DNA of 64,000 nt from Candidatus Multivorans sp. (GCA_965262355.1 OZ253534.1:3023670-3087669), one strand, 5' to 3'. Positions 28,522 through 39,104 are shown, numbered from the stretch's first letter. Program-made: numbers and translations. Notes: a model not told the origin generated them from the letters alone.

Positions 28522-29712
28522 ATGGGCGGTAGCGTGTTCCTGGACCATGCCCGCCGGACTCCGCTGGTCATTCCGCTGGCCCTCTGCGCGCTCACGAGCG
28601 CGGCGGATGCACAGGGTCGCACACGCAACGTCGTGCTCGTGACGCTCGATGGCGTGCGAACGGAAGAGATGTTCGGGGGTCTGGATGTCGATGTCCTGCG
28701 GTCCACCATCGGCGAGGCCGGAGACCCGACCGACACCGATGCTTATCGGAAGTACTGGGCCTCGACGGCGGAGGAGCGACGGGCGCTGTTGATGCCGTTC
28801 TTCTGGGGTCGGTTGATGAAGACGCAGGGCTCCATTGCCGGCAATCAGGCGCTGGGCAGTCGCGTCTTGCTGACCAACAACCGTCGTTTTTCCTATCCCG
28901 GCTACTCAGAGCTCCTGACAGGTCAGGCGCACGACGACGTGATCGTCAGCAACGATCCTGTGCGCAACCCGTACCCGACTGTTCTCGAGTTTCTCAAGGT
29001 GAAGCTCGAGTTGTCGTCGCGTGAGGTAGCGGCGTTCGCATCCTGGAGCGTGTTCAGGTGGATCGTTGAGCACGAGGAGGGTGCGATGACCGTCAACGCA
29101 GGATTCGAGTCGTACGATCACCCCGACCCTCAGGTCCGAGTGCTGAGCCGGCTTCAATTCGACACGCCCACGCCGTGGGACACCGTGCGCCACGACGCGT
29201 ACACGTTTCGCTTCGCCATGGCTCACCTCAGGACGTATCGGCCGCGGGTGCTCTACCTCGCGCTCGGTGACGGCGACGATTGGGCTCATGGGGAACGGTA
29301 CGATCGCTACCTGGACTCTCTGGCGCGGGCCGATGGCTACCTGCAGCAACTCTGGGAGTTCCTTCAGGGCGACGAACAGTACCGTGACGCCACAAGCCTG
29401 GTGATCGCGGTCGATCACGGTCGGGGGAAGACGCCGGCAGACTGGACGGCTCATGGCGCCGATGTCGAGGGCGCGCAGAATGTGTGGCTGGCGGTCGTGA
29501 GTCCGGATGTTCCATTGCGAGGCGAGTGGCGGAATGGCCCCGTCGTCTACCAGAATCAGATCGCCGCGAGCGTGGCGCGGCTCCTCGGTTTCGATCTGGG
29601 CGAGCAGAATCCCCAGGCGGGTCGTCCAATCAGTCGACTCTTCGAGGCCGGACCGAGTAGCCCATCCGTGCCGCCAGCACAGGCCCCGGGTCGCCCGCCC
29701 CAGGTTCCATAG
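28522..29712 (+). CDS. Alkaline-phosphatase-superfamily secreted protein
   Basis: Signal peptide; NVVLVTLDGVRTEE metal-site-like start; C-terminal Pro-rich tail. Confidence 0.45.
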   Translation: MGGSVFLDHARRTPLVIPLALCALTSAADAQGRTRNVVLVTLDGVRTEEMFGGLDVDVLRSTIGEAGDPTDTDAYRKYWASTAEERRALLMPFFWGRLMKTQGSIAGNQALGSRVLLTNNRRFSYPGYSELLTGQAHDDVIVSNDPVRNPYPTVLEFLKVKLELSSREVAAFASWSVFRWIVEHEEGAMTVNAGFESYDHPDPQVRVLSRLQFDTPTPWDTVRHDAYTFRFAMAHLRTYRPRVLYLALGDGDDWAHGERYDRYLDSLARADGYLQQLWEFLQGDEQYRDATSLVIAVDHGRGKTPADWTAHGADVEGAQNVWLAVVSPDVPLRGEWRNGPVVYQNQIAASVARLLGFDLGEQNPQAGRPISRLFEAGPSSPSVPPAQAPGRPPQVP

Positions 29713-29719
29713 GGGTTGC

Positions 29720-30418
29720 ATGCGCGAACAGACCCTCTACCCGCCGGTCAAGGCCTTTCTCGAGGCACAGGGCTACGCCGTCAAGGGAGAGGTCAACGGT
29801 TGCGACCTCGTCGCGATCCGGGGCGAGGAGTCGCCCGTAGTTGTCGAGTTGAAGACGAGTTTCTCCTTGCCGCTGGTGTTCCAGGGGATCGCGCGACAGG
29901 GCCTCTCCGACAACGTCTACCTCGCCGTTCCACCGTTCTCCGGCCGAACGACCCGCCGGAAGGAAGCACTGGCGCTGTGCCGCCGGCTCGGGCTGGGGCT
30001 GCTGACGGTCCGGCTTGAGCCCGCGCCGTTCGTGGAGGCGCTGCTCGACCCGGCGCCCTACCGGCCGCGCCAGCGCAAACTCGCAATCGGACGGTTGCTG
30101 CGGGAGTTCCAGCGCCGGGTGGGCGACCCGACCCAGGGTGGCTCGACCGGCCGTCCGATCATGACCGCCTACCGGCAGGACGCCCTGCGCTGCGCGGCCC
30201 ATCTTCGCCTCAACGGTCCGACCAAGGCTGCCGTCGCCGCCAAGGGGACGGGAGTCGCCCGGGCCAGGGAGATCATGTACGCCGATCACTACGGCTGGTT
30301 CGAACGCCCCGCCGATTCGCCTCCTGGCGTCTACCGTTTGACGCCGAAGGGCCAGGCTGCGCTTGAGCAGTTCGCCGATACCGTGGCGGCGCTGGGGCAG
30401 AGCGACAGTAGCCTATGA
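29720..30418 (+). CDS. DUF2161-like conserved protein (nuclease-fold + wHTH)
   Basis: MREQTLYPPVKAFLEAQGYAVKGEVNGCDLVAI...; coupled (ATGA) to rarA. Confidence 0.45.
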   Translation: MREQTLYPPVKAFLEAQGYAVKGEVNGCDLVAIRGEESPVVVELKTSFSLPLVFQGIARQGLSDNVYLAVPPFSGRTTRRKEALALCRRLGLGLLTVRLEPAPFVEALLDPAPYRPRQRKLAIGRLLREFQRRVGDPTQGGSTGRPIMTAYRQDALRCAAHLRLNGPTKAAVAAKGTGVARAREIMYADHYGWFERPADSPPGVYRLTPKGQAALEQFADTVAALGQSDSSL

Positions 30419-31767
30419 AGGTGACCGGTAAACCCAGGAGCGGCCTGCTGTTCAACGATGGTGGAGAGCCGCAGGCCAGGGGCACGGCGCCGCTCGCCGA
30501 GCGAATGCGGCCCGCTACCTTCGACGAGTTCGTGGGCCAGCAGCACATTCTCGGCGAGGACAAGGTCCTGCGGCGATCGATCGAGGCGGACCGGGTGCCG
30601 TCGCTCCTGTTCTGGGGGCCGCCCGGCTCTGGCAAGACGACGTTGGCGCGGCTGATCGCGACGACGACCAGCGCCCACTTCGAGCCGGTGAGCGCGGTGT
30701 CGGCCGGCGTGGCGGACCTGCGACGGGCCGTCAGCGGCGCGCGGGAACTCCGGTCGCTCTACCAACGTCCGACGATCCTGTTCGTCGACGAGATCCACCG
30801 CTTCAACAAAGCGCAGCAGGACGTGATCCTGCCCCACGTCGAGGACGGCACGATCACGTTCATCGGGGCGACGACGGAGAACCCGTCCTTCGAGGTCAAC
30901 GCGCCGCTCCTGTCCCGCTGCCGCGTGTTCACTCTGCATGCGCTGGACGCCGACGCAATGGCCGGCATCGTCCGGCGCGCTCTGGCTGACGAGAAGCGCG
31001 GGCTGGGACTACTGGCCCCGGAGTTGGACGCGGACGCCCTGTCGCACCTGGTGAACATCGCGAACGGAGACGCCCGCGTCGCCCTGAACGCCCTGGAGAT
31101 GGCGGTCGTCGCGGCCGAGCCGGCGCCCGACGGCGTGCGCCGGATCGGCGTCGAGGCCATCTCGGACGCTCTGCAGCGACGCACCCCGCAGTACGACAAG
31201 GCCGGCGACAGCCACTACGACACGATCTCGGCCTTCATCAAGTCGGTGCGCGGTTCCTCGCCCGACGGCGCGCTCTACTGGCTGGCCAGGATGCTGGAGG
31301 CGGGCGAGGACCCTCTGTTCATCGCCCGACGCCTGGTGATCCTGGCGGCCGAGGACATCGGGCTCGCGAACCCCGGGGCGCTCCCGGTCGCGGTAGCCGC
31401 CCAGCAGGCGGTCCACTTCATCGGGCTGCCCGAGGGCCGCATCCCGCTGGCCGAGGCGACGGTGTACCTGGCGACCTCGCCGAAGAGCAACGCTGCCTAC
31501 GTGGCCCTCGGGCGCGCGATGGAAGACGTGCGGAACGCCCCGAACGAACCGGTGCCGCTGCACCTGCGCAACGCGCCGACGGGGCTGATGCGCGGCATGG
31601 GCTACGGCGCGGGATACAAGTACGGCCATGATTCCGAAGGGCACTTCGAGGCGCAGGAGTACCTGCCGCCCGGCCTGTCCGGCCGCCGCTACTACGAGCC
31701 GTCGGACCAGGGTTCCGAGGCCGCCATCGCGGAGCGGCTCCGCCGCTGGTGGGGCGACGACGACTGA
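30415..31767 (+). CDS. rarA: Replication-associated recombination protein A (AAA+ ATPase)
   Basis: MRPATFDEFVGQQHILG, Walker A GPPGSGKTT, RFNKAQQD, C-terminal MgsA domain. Confidence 0.9.
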   Translation: MKVTGKPRSGLLFNDGGEPQARGTAPLAERMRPATFDEFVGQQHILGEDKVLRRSIEADRVPSLLFWGPPGSGKTTLARLIATTTSAHFEPVSAVSAGVADLRRAVSGARELRSLYQRPTILFVDEIHRFNKAQQDVILPHVEDGTITFIGATTENPSFEVNAPLLSRCRVFTLHALDADAMAGIVRRALADEKRGLGLLAPELDADALSHLVNIANGDARVALNALEMAVVAAEPAPDGVRRIGVEAISDALQRRTPQYDKAGDSHYDTISAFIKSVRGSSPDGALYWLARMLEAGEDPLFIARRLVILAAEDIGLANPGALPVAVAAQQAVHFIGLPEGRIPLAEATVYLATSPKSNAAYVALGRAMEDVRNAPNEPVPLHLRNAPTGLMRGMGYGAGYKYGHDSEGHFEAQEYLPPGLSGRRYYEPSDQGSEAAIAERLRRWWGDDD

Positions 31768-31921
31768 TCGGCTGACTACGCTCGAACAGGCGTTCGTCGA
31801 ACCCCGGTGGCGCGTGTCGCGCCAGCAGTGAACCAGTCCGTACGCCCGTCCGCAGGCGCACGGATGGAAGGTCCGGGCAGGTGGTCGGCATACACGGTCC
31901 GCAACCTGACCGGACCTATAC

Positions 31922-32266
31922 TTGGACTCGATGGATCGCCGCGCATTCCTGGACCATGTCCGTCGCACGAGGTTGCCGCCAGGCCGCAGGGCCAAGGCCC
32001 GCAGGGATGCTCGCCAGATCGCCGCGTTTCTGAAACAGCAAGGCGCCAGCCGCGTCGTCGGCATCGGCTCGGCATTCGTTCCGGAGCGCCGGTTTACCTG
32101 GCGCTCGGACATCGACCTCGCCGTGGTCGGTCTTCCGGCGGAGAGCTTCTTCAGCGTTTCCGCGCAGGCGGACGAGTTGACCGAGTTCAACATCGACATC
32201 ATCCCGATCGAGTCGGCGACGGAGGCCATGCGCCGGACGATCCGCGAAGACGGGGTCGACCTTTGA
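31922..32266 (+). CDS. Minimal nucleotidyltransferase (MNT, Pol-beta-like; antitoxin-type)
   Basis: GIGSAFVPERRFTWRSDIDLAVVG (GS...DxD). Confidence 0.65.
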   Translation: MDSMDRRAFLDHVRRTRLPPGRRAKARRDARQIAAFLKQQGASRVVGIGSAFVPERRFTWRSDIDLAVVGLPAESFFSVSAQADELTEFNIDIIPIESATEAMRRTIREDGVDL

Positions 32267-32521
32267 GGCTGGATGAAACGCTCGCCCGTCGGCTTGCTGC
32301 CGAGGTATCAAGCGAACTCAGGAATCTGGACCTCCTCGAGGAGCAGAGCGCCGACGCGCCTCAAGGAGAGGACACGTTCTCTCTGCGCGCCCGAGGCTCG
32401 ATTCTCCACGATTTCTACAGCGGCATCGAGCGAGTGTTCGTGCGTATTGCCGAAGAACTCAACGGCGGCGTTCCGTCGGCAGGTGGGGGGAGTTTCTCGC
32501 CTGGATCGTCGTCGGTTCGGA
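32263..32521 (+). pseudogene. HEPN / NTase-substrate-binding (HI0074-like) partner gene remnant, frameshifted and truncated
   Basis: TTG start overlapping MNT stop; LRNLDLLEEQ...RGSILHDFYSGIERVFVRIAEELNGG (R-x4-H motif) then homology lost at G7 run 32492-32498 and by convergent peptidase gene. Confidence 0.4.
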
Positions 32522-32556
32522 TCCGTAGCGGGGATGGCGTAGCAGCGAGTAGCTTG

Positions 32557-33840
32557 CTAGCGGATGACGCGGATCCCCGGATCCGGGGGATAGGGGAACT
32601 CGATCCCGCGCGGGGTGACGATGGCGCCGTCGTGGAAGGCGATGTACATGTGCTTGCCCGGCCCCCATTCCGGCACCGGCATGTGGACCATGTACTCGAG
32701 TGTGAAGCTGTGGAAGAGGGGGAGCTTCATGTCGCGCTGCCAGTCGCCGCCGAGGGGCGAGATCCGGGGCGCGTCCATGTCGCGGCGTCCCTGGGCGTGG
32801 AGGTCGAGGTGGACCTGGGTCTTCGTGGGATCGAGGGTCGGGTCGTAGCGGTCCCTGTCGATGTAGAGGAAGCCCGCCTCTTCGATCTTCTCGGCCAGCA
32901 GGGCCAGGGTCTCGCCCGCCGTCGGGCCGACCCGGATGTTGGCGCGAAGGATCTCCCGGACCTGCATCGCGTGGTCCCAGATCCTCTTCACCCGCGGCGG
33001 TAACTCCGTTTCGCCCTCGCGCAGCAGGTAGCCGTTGCCGCCCAGGTCGGCGACGAAGTAGCCCTCCCCGGCGCCGTTCAGGATGGTCACGATGTCGCCG
33101 GGCTGGAGAATGTACTCGTTGCCGTTGTTCTCGTTGCCGTCCGCGTCGCGGACGAACACGTTGCCGTCGAGATCCTCCAGCCGCGTGACGCCGGGTTCGA
33201 TCTTGGCGAACTCCTCGTCGAGGGTCTGCATCGTGAGCATGCCGAAGTAGCCGGCGAGCGCAATCTCGCCGACGACGATGCCCGCCACGAAGTCGGAGAT
33301 CACGCCCTCCGCCGAGACGATCCGCGCCGCGTACGTCTCGCCCAGCGCGTCCCTCAGGATCATGAAGTCCGTGTGGGATATGCCGTCGGCCAAGGGGTTC
33401 TGCCGCGCGAAGTTGACGGCGATGCGCTGGGGATCCCGCTCGGTCACGAAAGCGCCGATCACGGGTTGCCAGCCCGCATCGCCCTCGAACGTTTCCTCGC
33501 CGGCGAAGAGGTCGTAGGCGTCGTCCTCCCACAGCGCCTCGTCGGTCATGCCGAGGATTGCGCGTTCGATCCGGTCGCCGCCGCGGTCGGTGAACACGAA
33601 GACGCCGGACTCGCCGCCGAGGTCCCGAGCGATGGGGTCGGGGTTCCGATCGCGCACCACGTGGATCCACATGTCGACGTTGTTGTCCCGCATCGCCCGC
33701 GGCAGCACGTGGTCGAACCTGTCCTTGCGGATCTGTTGCTGCATCCGCTGGAGCGTTTCTTCCTTGATCGTCTGCCCCGGAAGTGGCGATGCGCAGAGAA
33801 CGAGTACCAGTATCGAGATGGCAGACCGAAACGCGTTCAT
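32557..33840 (-). CDS. Secreted M24-family (creatinase/prolidase fold) protein, paralog 1
   Basis: Signal peptide MNAFRSAISILVLVLCASPLPGQT; pita-bread fold motifs (DIVTILNGAGEGYFVADLGGNGY). Confidence 0.6.
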   Translation of the reverse strand: MNAFRSAISILVLVLCASPLPGQTIKEETLQRMQQQIRKDRFDHVLPRAMRDNNVDMWIHVVRDRNPDPIARDLGGESGVFVFTDRGGDRIERAILGMTDEALWEDDAYDLFAGEETFEGDAGWQPVIGAFVTERDPQRIAVNFARQNPLADGISHTDFMILRDALGETYAARIVSAEGVISDFVAGIVVGEIALAGYFGMLTMQTLDEEFAKIEPGVTRLEDLDGNVFVRDADGNENNGNEYILQPGDIVTILNGAGEGYFVADLGGNGYLLREGETELPPRVKRIWDHAMQVREILRANIRVGPTAGETLALLAEKIEEAGFLYIDRDRYDPTLDPTKTQVHLDLHAQGRRDMDAPRISPLGGDWQRDMKLPLFHSFTLEYMVHMPVPEWGPGKHMYIAFHDGAIVTPRGIEFPYPPDPGIRVIR

Positions 33841-33926
33841 GGCAATTACCTCGCTGAAGCAGTAACGGTTCGATGTCTCAGTTGGGCCTCCCCCCTCGGG
33901 CCTCCGGACTGGCGGGTGCCGCCGCC

Positions 33927-35264
33927 TCACCGAATCACCAGCACCCGCGCCTGCGGCGGGTACAGCCATTCGATGCCGCGCTCCGTGATCAGCACGTTCT
34001 CCTCGACGTTGACCGGGATCTTGTTGCCGTTCCATTCCTCGGCCGGCGTGAAGACGATGTACTCGAGCGAGATGATCGAGTTGGGACGGACGACGTACTT
34101 CGTCCTCTCCGGGAAGATCTCGAACAGGCTGGCGGCCATGTCGTGGCCGATGTTGCCGGCCGCGTGCATGCCGACGTTGACCTCGATGCCGGGCACGTCG
34201 CTGATCGCTTCGGCCTCGGTGTAGACATAGCCCGCGTCCCGGATGAGCTGCTTCAGCTCGTCGAGCTGTTCGCGGCCGGTGCGTCCCGGCCGGACGTGCT
34301 TGCGGATGATCTCTTGCACCTTCTTCGTCTCGGCAAAGGCGTTCAACACGCCCGGCGGCGGCGCCGTCTCGCCCTCGCGCAGGACATACGCGAAGCGCTT
34401 GATGTCGGTGGTGAAGTTGTTGCGGTCGGCGCCCCAGTCGATCTGCAGGACATCGCCGCGCTGGATCACGCGCTCGGTGCCGCCGATCTCGTTGCCGTCC
34501 GGAAGGTGGGTGTAGACGGTCGGGTACCAGGCGCGCAGCAACCCCTCGGTCTTGAGGTGCTCCTCCAGCCAGCGCGCGACGTCGTTGTGCGTGGTCACCC
34601 CCGGGGAGATGACCTCGTTGGAGAGCGCCCTTTCGATGAGCCGCCGCGTGAGGTCGCCGACCTTCGAGAACTCGATGATCTCGCCGGCGACCCGCTCACC
34701 GTGGAAGTCGGCGATCAGGTGCTGCGCGGACACGAAACGCGACGCGTACTTCTCGCCCAGTTCGCTCTGCAGGAACTTGAAGTCGGTGTGTGTGAGCCCG
34801 TCCGCGATGTGCAGGCCCTCGCTCTCGTAGGGGACGGCCAGGTAGTTCAGGCCGATGCGCTCCGGATCGCGCTCCTCGACGATCGCCCGTAGCTCGCCGG
34901 GGTCGCCGAACCGGTCGTAGGCGGCGCATTCCCGGGCCAGATCGGTCTCACCGCCGAGCTGGCGCCGCTCGATGCGCTCGCCGCCGCGGTCGGTGAAGAT
35001 GAAGAACCCCTGGCCGTTGACCGTGTCGACCGCGAAGTCGCGGGTCATCGGCTGGGTGCCGCGCCCCCGGTCGATCACGATCCACATGTCGATGTCGTTG
35101 CGGCGCATGGCGCCCGGCAGGACGTAGTCGAACTTGTCGTGCCGGATCATGCACGAGGTTTCCCACCTCGAGCGCACATCGTCGGTGACGGTGGTCTGAG
35201 CCGGCGCGTTGGCGGCGACGGACACCAGGGCTGCGGTGAGAACGATCGGCAGCGGTGTGTGCAT
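33927..35264 (-). CDS. Secreted M24-family protein, paralog 2
   Basis: Signal peptide; 40-45% identical to 32557-33840 (LQIDWGADRNNFTTDIKRFAYVLREGE). Confidence 0.6.
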   Translation of the reverse strand: MHTPLPIVLTAALVSVAANAPAQTTVTDDVRSRWETSCMIRHDKFDYVLPGAMRRNDIDMWIVIDRGRGTQPMTRDFAVDTVNGQGFFIFTDRGGERIERRQLGGETDLARECAAYDRFGDPGELRAIVEERDPERIGLNYLAVPYESEGLHIADGLTHTDFKFLQSELGEKYASRFVSAQHLIADFHGERVAGEIIEFSKVGDLTRRLIERALSNEVISPGVTTHNDVARWLEEHLKTEGLLRAWYPTVYTHLPDGNEIGGTERVIQRGDVLQIDWGADRNNFTTDIKRFAYVLREGETAPPPGVLNAFAETKKVQEIIRKHVRPGRTGREQLDELKQLIRDAGYVYTEAEAISDVPGIEVNVGMHAAGNIGHDMAASLFEIFPERTKYVVRPNSIISLEYIVFTPAEEWNGNKIPVNVEENVLITERGIEWLYPPQARVLVIR

Positions 35265-35429
35265 CTGTTTCTCCTGGAACGGGATCGAGTCACTATAGCC
35301 ACCGCCCCCGGCCAGCGGTCTCGCCGGCTGCCGGGACTGATTGCCGCTCGCGGGCCGGAACCACAGCCGATAGCGTCGGGCGCCGGCCGAAGCCGAGCCC
35401 TTCACCGCACCGCTCCAGGGAGACACTGA

Positions 35430-37457
35430 ATGAGAACCGAGTCGTACCGCCTCTTGCCGCTACCGCTGCTGCTACTGCTCTCCGGGGCTGCTTGCAGTGG
35501 CCCGTCGGCGGAGCAGGCGGCCCTGGACGCGGCCATCGACGGGTCGATCGTCTCCAGGACCGAGGAGCGGCCCGCCTGCCGGGACGCCACGCCGCTGCGC
35601 CAGGCGCTCTTCGGCGACCTCCACGTCCACACCAGTTTCTCGTTCGACGCGGCGGCCAACAGCACCGGCGCCACGCCAGAGGACGCCTACCGCTTCGCCA
35701 AGGGCGAGGCGATCCCGTTCTTTCCGATCGGCGCCGGCGGCGAACCCGAGGGCAGCATCTCCATCGACCGGCCGCTCGACTTCGTCGCCGTCACCGACCA
35801 CGGAGAGTTCCTGGGCGAGCGCCGCCTGTGCCGGGACCCGGAGTCGCCCCGGTACGACACGGAGTTCTGTCGCGAAGCCCGCACCAGCGAGCGCCGGGGG
35901 ATGCAGATGCTGGGAGCGGTGATCACGACCGAGACCCCGCGCCGGATCGCCGAGGTGTGCGGCGAATCGGGCGAGTTGTGCCTCGAGTGGGCCAAGAGCC
36001 CGTGGCAGAAGATCATCGAGGCGGCCGAAGACGCGTACGACCGCACCGAGGAATGCAGCTTCACCAGCTTCGTCGGCTACGAGTACACGGGCACCCCCGG
36101 GATCTCCAACTACCATCGCAACGTCATCTTCCGGGGCTCGGAGGTGCCGGACCTGCCGGTCTCCTACATCGACGCGCCGACCGACAGTCAGCTCTGGCAG
36201 GGGCTGGACGCGGTCTGCGGCGAGGGCAGCGCAGACCCAAACTGCGACTACCTGACCATTCCTCACAACAGCAACCTGGCGAACGGCCGGATGGGCCCGT
36301 ACCGCGGTCTGGAGGCGACGCTCGAGAACCGCCGCGCCTATTCGCGCAAGCGCCTGGAGCGGGAGCCGATCATCGAGATCTTTCAGCACAAGGGCGGCTC
36401 CGAGTGCATCAACGGCCTGTCATCAGTCTTCGGCGAACCGGACGAGCTCTGCGACGTCGAGGCGGTGCGGGTGATGGGACGCGAGGAGGTCTTCAACGCC
36501 CTGGACCAGACGGAGCAGCGCATGGTGACCACGGAATGCGCCCCCGGTGAGAACGGGAGCGCCGGCATGGTCGGCGCCGGCTGCGTCGCCCGGTCGGACT
36601 ATGTGCGCTCCGCTTTGCTCGAGGGCCTGGAAGAGGAGATGGCGACCGGCCTCAACCCGGCCAAGCTCGGAATCATCGCGTCGACGGATACGCACACGGC
36701 GACGCCGGGGGCGGTGGCGGAAGAAGACTGGCGCGGCGCGGTCTCCGTCGAGTCGACGCCCGAGGAGCGCCTCCAACCGGGTCTCCTGACCAGCGGCATC
36801 GACGGCAACCCCGGCGGTCTGGCCGGCGTCTGGGCGGTCGAGAACTCGCGCGACGCGATCTTCGACGCCATGAAACGCCGCGAAGTGTTCGGGACCTCGG
36901 GCCCGCGGATCAAGCCCCGCTTCTTCGGCGGCTGGAACTTCTCGGCGAACCTCTGCGACCAGCCCGACCTGATCGAGCAGGCGTACACCGCCGGCGTCCC
37001 GATGGGCGGCGATCTGCCAGAGACGGCCACCGGCGCGGCGCCGAGCTTCCTCGCCTTCGCCGCTCGCGACCCGGCGGACGGCGCCGGGCTTCTCCAGCAA
37101 CTCCAGCTCATCAAGGGCTGGATCGACGCCGACGGAACCGGCCACTACGAGGTCATCCCGATCGCCGGCTCTCCCGACCACGGGGCAACCGTCGATCCTG
37201 TGAGCGGCGAGCAATCCGGCGCCGGCCACGACAGCCTCTGCACCGTCTACCGCGACGAGGAGTTCGATCCCGACCTCCACGCCTACTACTATCTTCGGGT
37301 GGTCGAGAACCCCAGCCTGCGGTGGAGCGTCCACGACTGCCTGCGTCTGGCGCCGGAAGCCCGTCCGGCGGTGTGCTCCGACGGTTCGTATCCTGAGGCG
37401 ATCCAGGAGATGGCCTGGACGTCGCCGATCTGGTACCGGCCGGGGGCGAGCGAGTGA
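35430..37457 (+). CDS. DUF3604-like (PHP-like metal-dependent hydrolase) lipoprotein
   Basis: Lipobox LLSGAAC; GDLHVHTSFSFDA, VAVTDHGEF, IPHNSN histidine motifs. Confidence 0.55.
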   Translation: MRTESYRLLPLPLLLLLSGAACSGPSAEQAALDAAIDGSIVSRTEERPACRDATPLRQALFGDLHVHTSFSFDAAANSTGATPEDAYRFAKGEAIPFFPIGAGGEPEGSISIDRPLDFVAVTDHGEFLGERRLCRDPESPRYDTEFCREARTSERRGMQMLGAVITTETPRRIAEVCGESGELCLEWAKSPWQKIIEAAEDAYDRTEECSFTSFVGYEYTGTPGISNYHRNVIFRGSEVPDLPVSYIDAPTDSQLWQGLDAVCGEGSADPNCDYLTIPHNSNLANGRMGPYRGLEATLENRRAYSRKRLEREPIIEIFQHKGGSECINGLSSVFGEPDELCDVEAVRVMGREEVFNALDQTEQRMVTTECAPGENGSAGMVGAGCVARSDYVRSALLEGLEEEMATGLNPAKLGIIASTDTHTATPGAVAEEDWRGAVSVESTPEERLQPGLLTSGIDGNPGGLAGVWAVENSRDAIFDAMKRREVFGTSGPRIKPRFFGGWNFSANLCDQPDLIEQAYTAGVPMGGDLPETATGAAPSFLAFAARDPADGAGLLQQLQLIKGWIDADGTGHYEVIPIAGSPDHGATVDPVSGEQSGAGHDSLCTVYRDEEFDPDLHAYYYLRVVENPSLRWSVHDCLRLAPEARPAVCSDGSYPEAIQEMAWTSPIWYRPGASE

Positions 37458-39007
37458 TGCGCTCCGGCAACCGGGTTGGTCAACGGATCGCGCTCGCCGC
37501 CGCGTTGGTCGCCGGCTGCGCCGATGCCGGTGGCAACGAGTCGGCGTCCGCCAGCGAGGAGCTGACGCTGGGCGAGAGCCTGGTCGCCCGTGGCCAGGAG
37601 TTCGAACTCGACACCGTCCGGGTGCCGCCCCCCGGCGACTTCATCGAACACGAAGCGGCCGGGTTCGCCAAGGTCCTGTGCTCCGCGGTCTTCCTGACCG
37701 GACTCGACTTCGAGGACGCCCAGTCGCAGATCGGCGGCTTCACGTCCCGTCACCAGTACCGGGACAGGCTGCCGGGACGCCGGCTCGACCGCGAGAACCG
37801 GCGGGTCCACGTCACCACGGACACCGGAGTGACCCGAACCGCGGTGCTGCACGGCGACCAGGGCTGCGTCGCCCTGCCCCAGGGCGAGGACGCCCCCTTC
37901 TACGAGACGGTTCCGGTGACGAGCGCACTCGATGAGAGCGCGCCTTGGCCGATGGGGGACGCGCTGCCGGGCGAGCCTCTCTCCTCTGACGTGGACGCAG
38001 CGAAGCTGCGGGCCGCAGTGGACGCCGCCTTCGATCCGGACGCGATGACGCTGGCCTTCGTGGTCCTCCACCGCGGCCGCCTGATCGCCGAGCGGTACCG
38101 CGAGGGCATCGACAAGGACACTCCCCTCGAGAGCTGGTCGATGAACAAGAGCCTGTCGGCGACCCTGATGGGGGTGCTGATCGAGCAGGGCGCGTACACG
38201 CTCGACCAGTTGGCGCCGGTCGACTCCTGGCACGAGGACCCCGACGACGTGCGCGGCACGATCCGCATCCAGGACATCCTCCACATGTCGAGCGGCCTAC
38301 GCTGCGTCAACGCGGGCGACCCGGAGTACGACGAGGACGAGATGGGCTATCCGGACCACCTCTACCTCTACACCGGCACGGTCGACTCCCACATCTGGGC
38401 GACCGAGCGGCCGCCGCAGTGGCCGCCGAACACCATCGGCCGCTACAGGAACTGCGATCCGATCCTGATCAACCACCTGGTGCGGCTGGCGGTCGAGGGT
38501 CGCGGCGACAACTACCACCAGTTCCCGCAGCAGAACCTCTTCGACCGCATCGGCGTCCGGCGCTTCGTGGCCGAGACGGACCCATACGGCAACTTCCTGC
38601 TGAACGGCTACGGCTTCGGCGCCGGCCGCACCTGGGCACGGCTGGGCCAGCTCTACCTCGACGACGGCGTGTCGCCGACCGGCGAGCGGGTGCTGCCCGA
38701 AGGGTACGCGGAGTTCGTCAGCACCCCGGCGCCTTCGTGGGTCGCGGACGGCCGTCCCATCTACGGCGGCTTCTTCTGGGTCAACAACCCGCCGCGGGGC
38801 GGCGAGGAGCGCTACCCGCCGCTGCCTGAGAGCGCGTTCAGCATGCAGGGCGCGGGCGGCCAGAGCACGATCATCGTGCCGTCGCACGAGATGGTGGTCG
38901 TCCGCCTCGGCCTCTACGAAGGGTCGTTCGGCGGCTATGCCGACGAGGCGCTGCAGAACGCGTTGGCCCTGTTGGTCGAGGCGATCCCGGAAGCCGTCGA
39001 CGACTGA
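37454..39007 (+). CDS. Beta-lactamase-family serine hydrolase lipoprotein
   Basis: Lipobox LVAGC; S-x-x-K (SMNKSL); coupled (ATGA) to 35430 gene. Confidence 0.7.
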   Translation: MMRSGNRVGQRIALAAALVAGCADAGGNESASASEELTLGESLVARGQEFELDTVRVPPPGDFIEHEAAGFAKVLCSAVFLTGLDFEDAQSQIGGFTSRHQYRDRLPGRRLDRENRRVHVTTDTGVTRTAVLHGDQGCVALPQGEDAPFYETVPVTSALDESAPWPMGDALPGEPLSSDVDAAKLRAAVDAAFDPDAMTLAFVVLHRGRLIAERYREGIDKDTPLESWSMNKSLSATLMGVLIEQGAYTLDQLAPVDSWHEDPDDVRGTIRIQDILHMSSGLRCVNAGDPEYDEDEMGYPDHLYLYTGTVDSHIWATERPPQWPPNTIGRYRNCDPILINHLVRLAVEGRGDNYHQFPQQNLFDRIGVRRFVAETDPYGNFLLNGYGFGAGRTWARLGQLYLDDGVSPTGERVLPEGYAEFVSTPAPSWVADGRPIYGGFFWVNNPPRGGEERYPPLPESAFSMQGAGGQSTIIVPSHEMVVVRLGLYEGSFGGYADEALQNALALLVEAIPEAVDD

Positions 39008-39069
39008 AGCACCGGGAGCTCGTCGTCCTCGCACTCAACTGCAGCACCGGCTGCCGCAACTGTTTCCCT

Positions 39070-39104
39070 TTCTAGATTTGTTATACGGGAGTATAATCTC
39101 GCGC
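39070..39104 (+). promoter_or_regulatory. Promoter/operator of mazEF: perfect TATAAT (39093-39098) inside palindrome ttatac-ggga-gtataa, 6 nt before ATG (leaderless)
   Basis: Only perfect TATAAT-like AT-rich block locally in a 68% GC context; inverted repeat overlaps -10. Confidence 0.5.
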
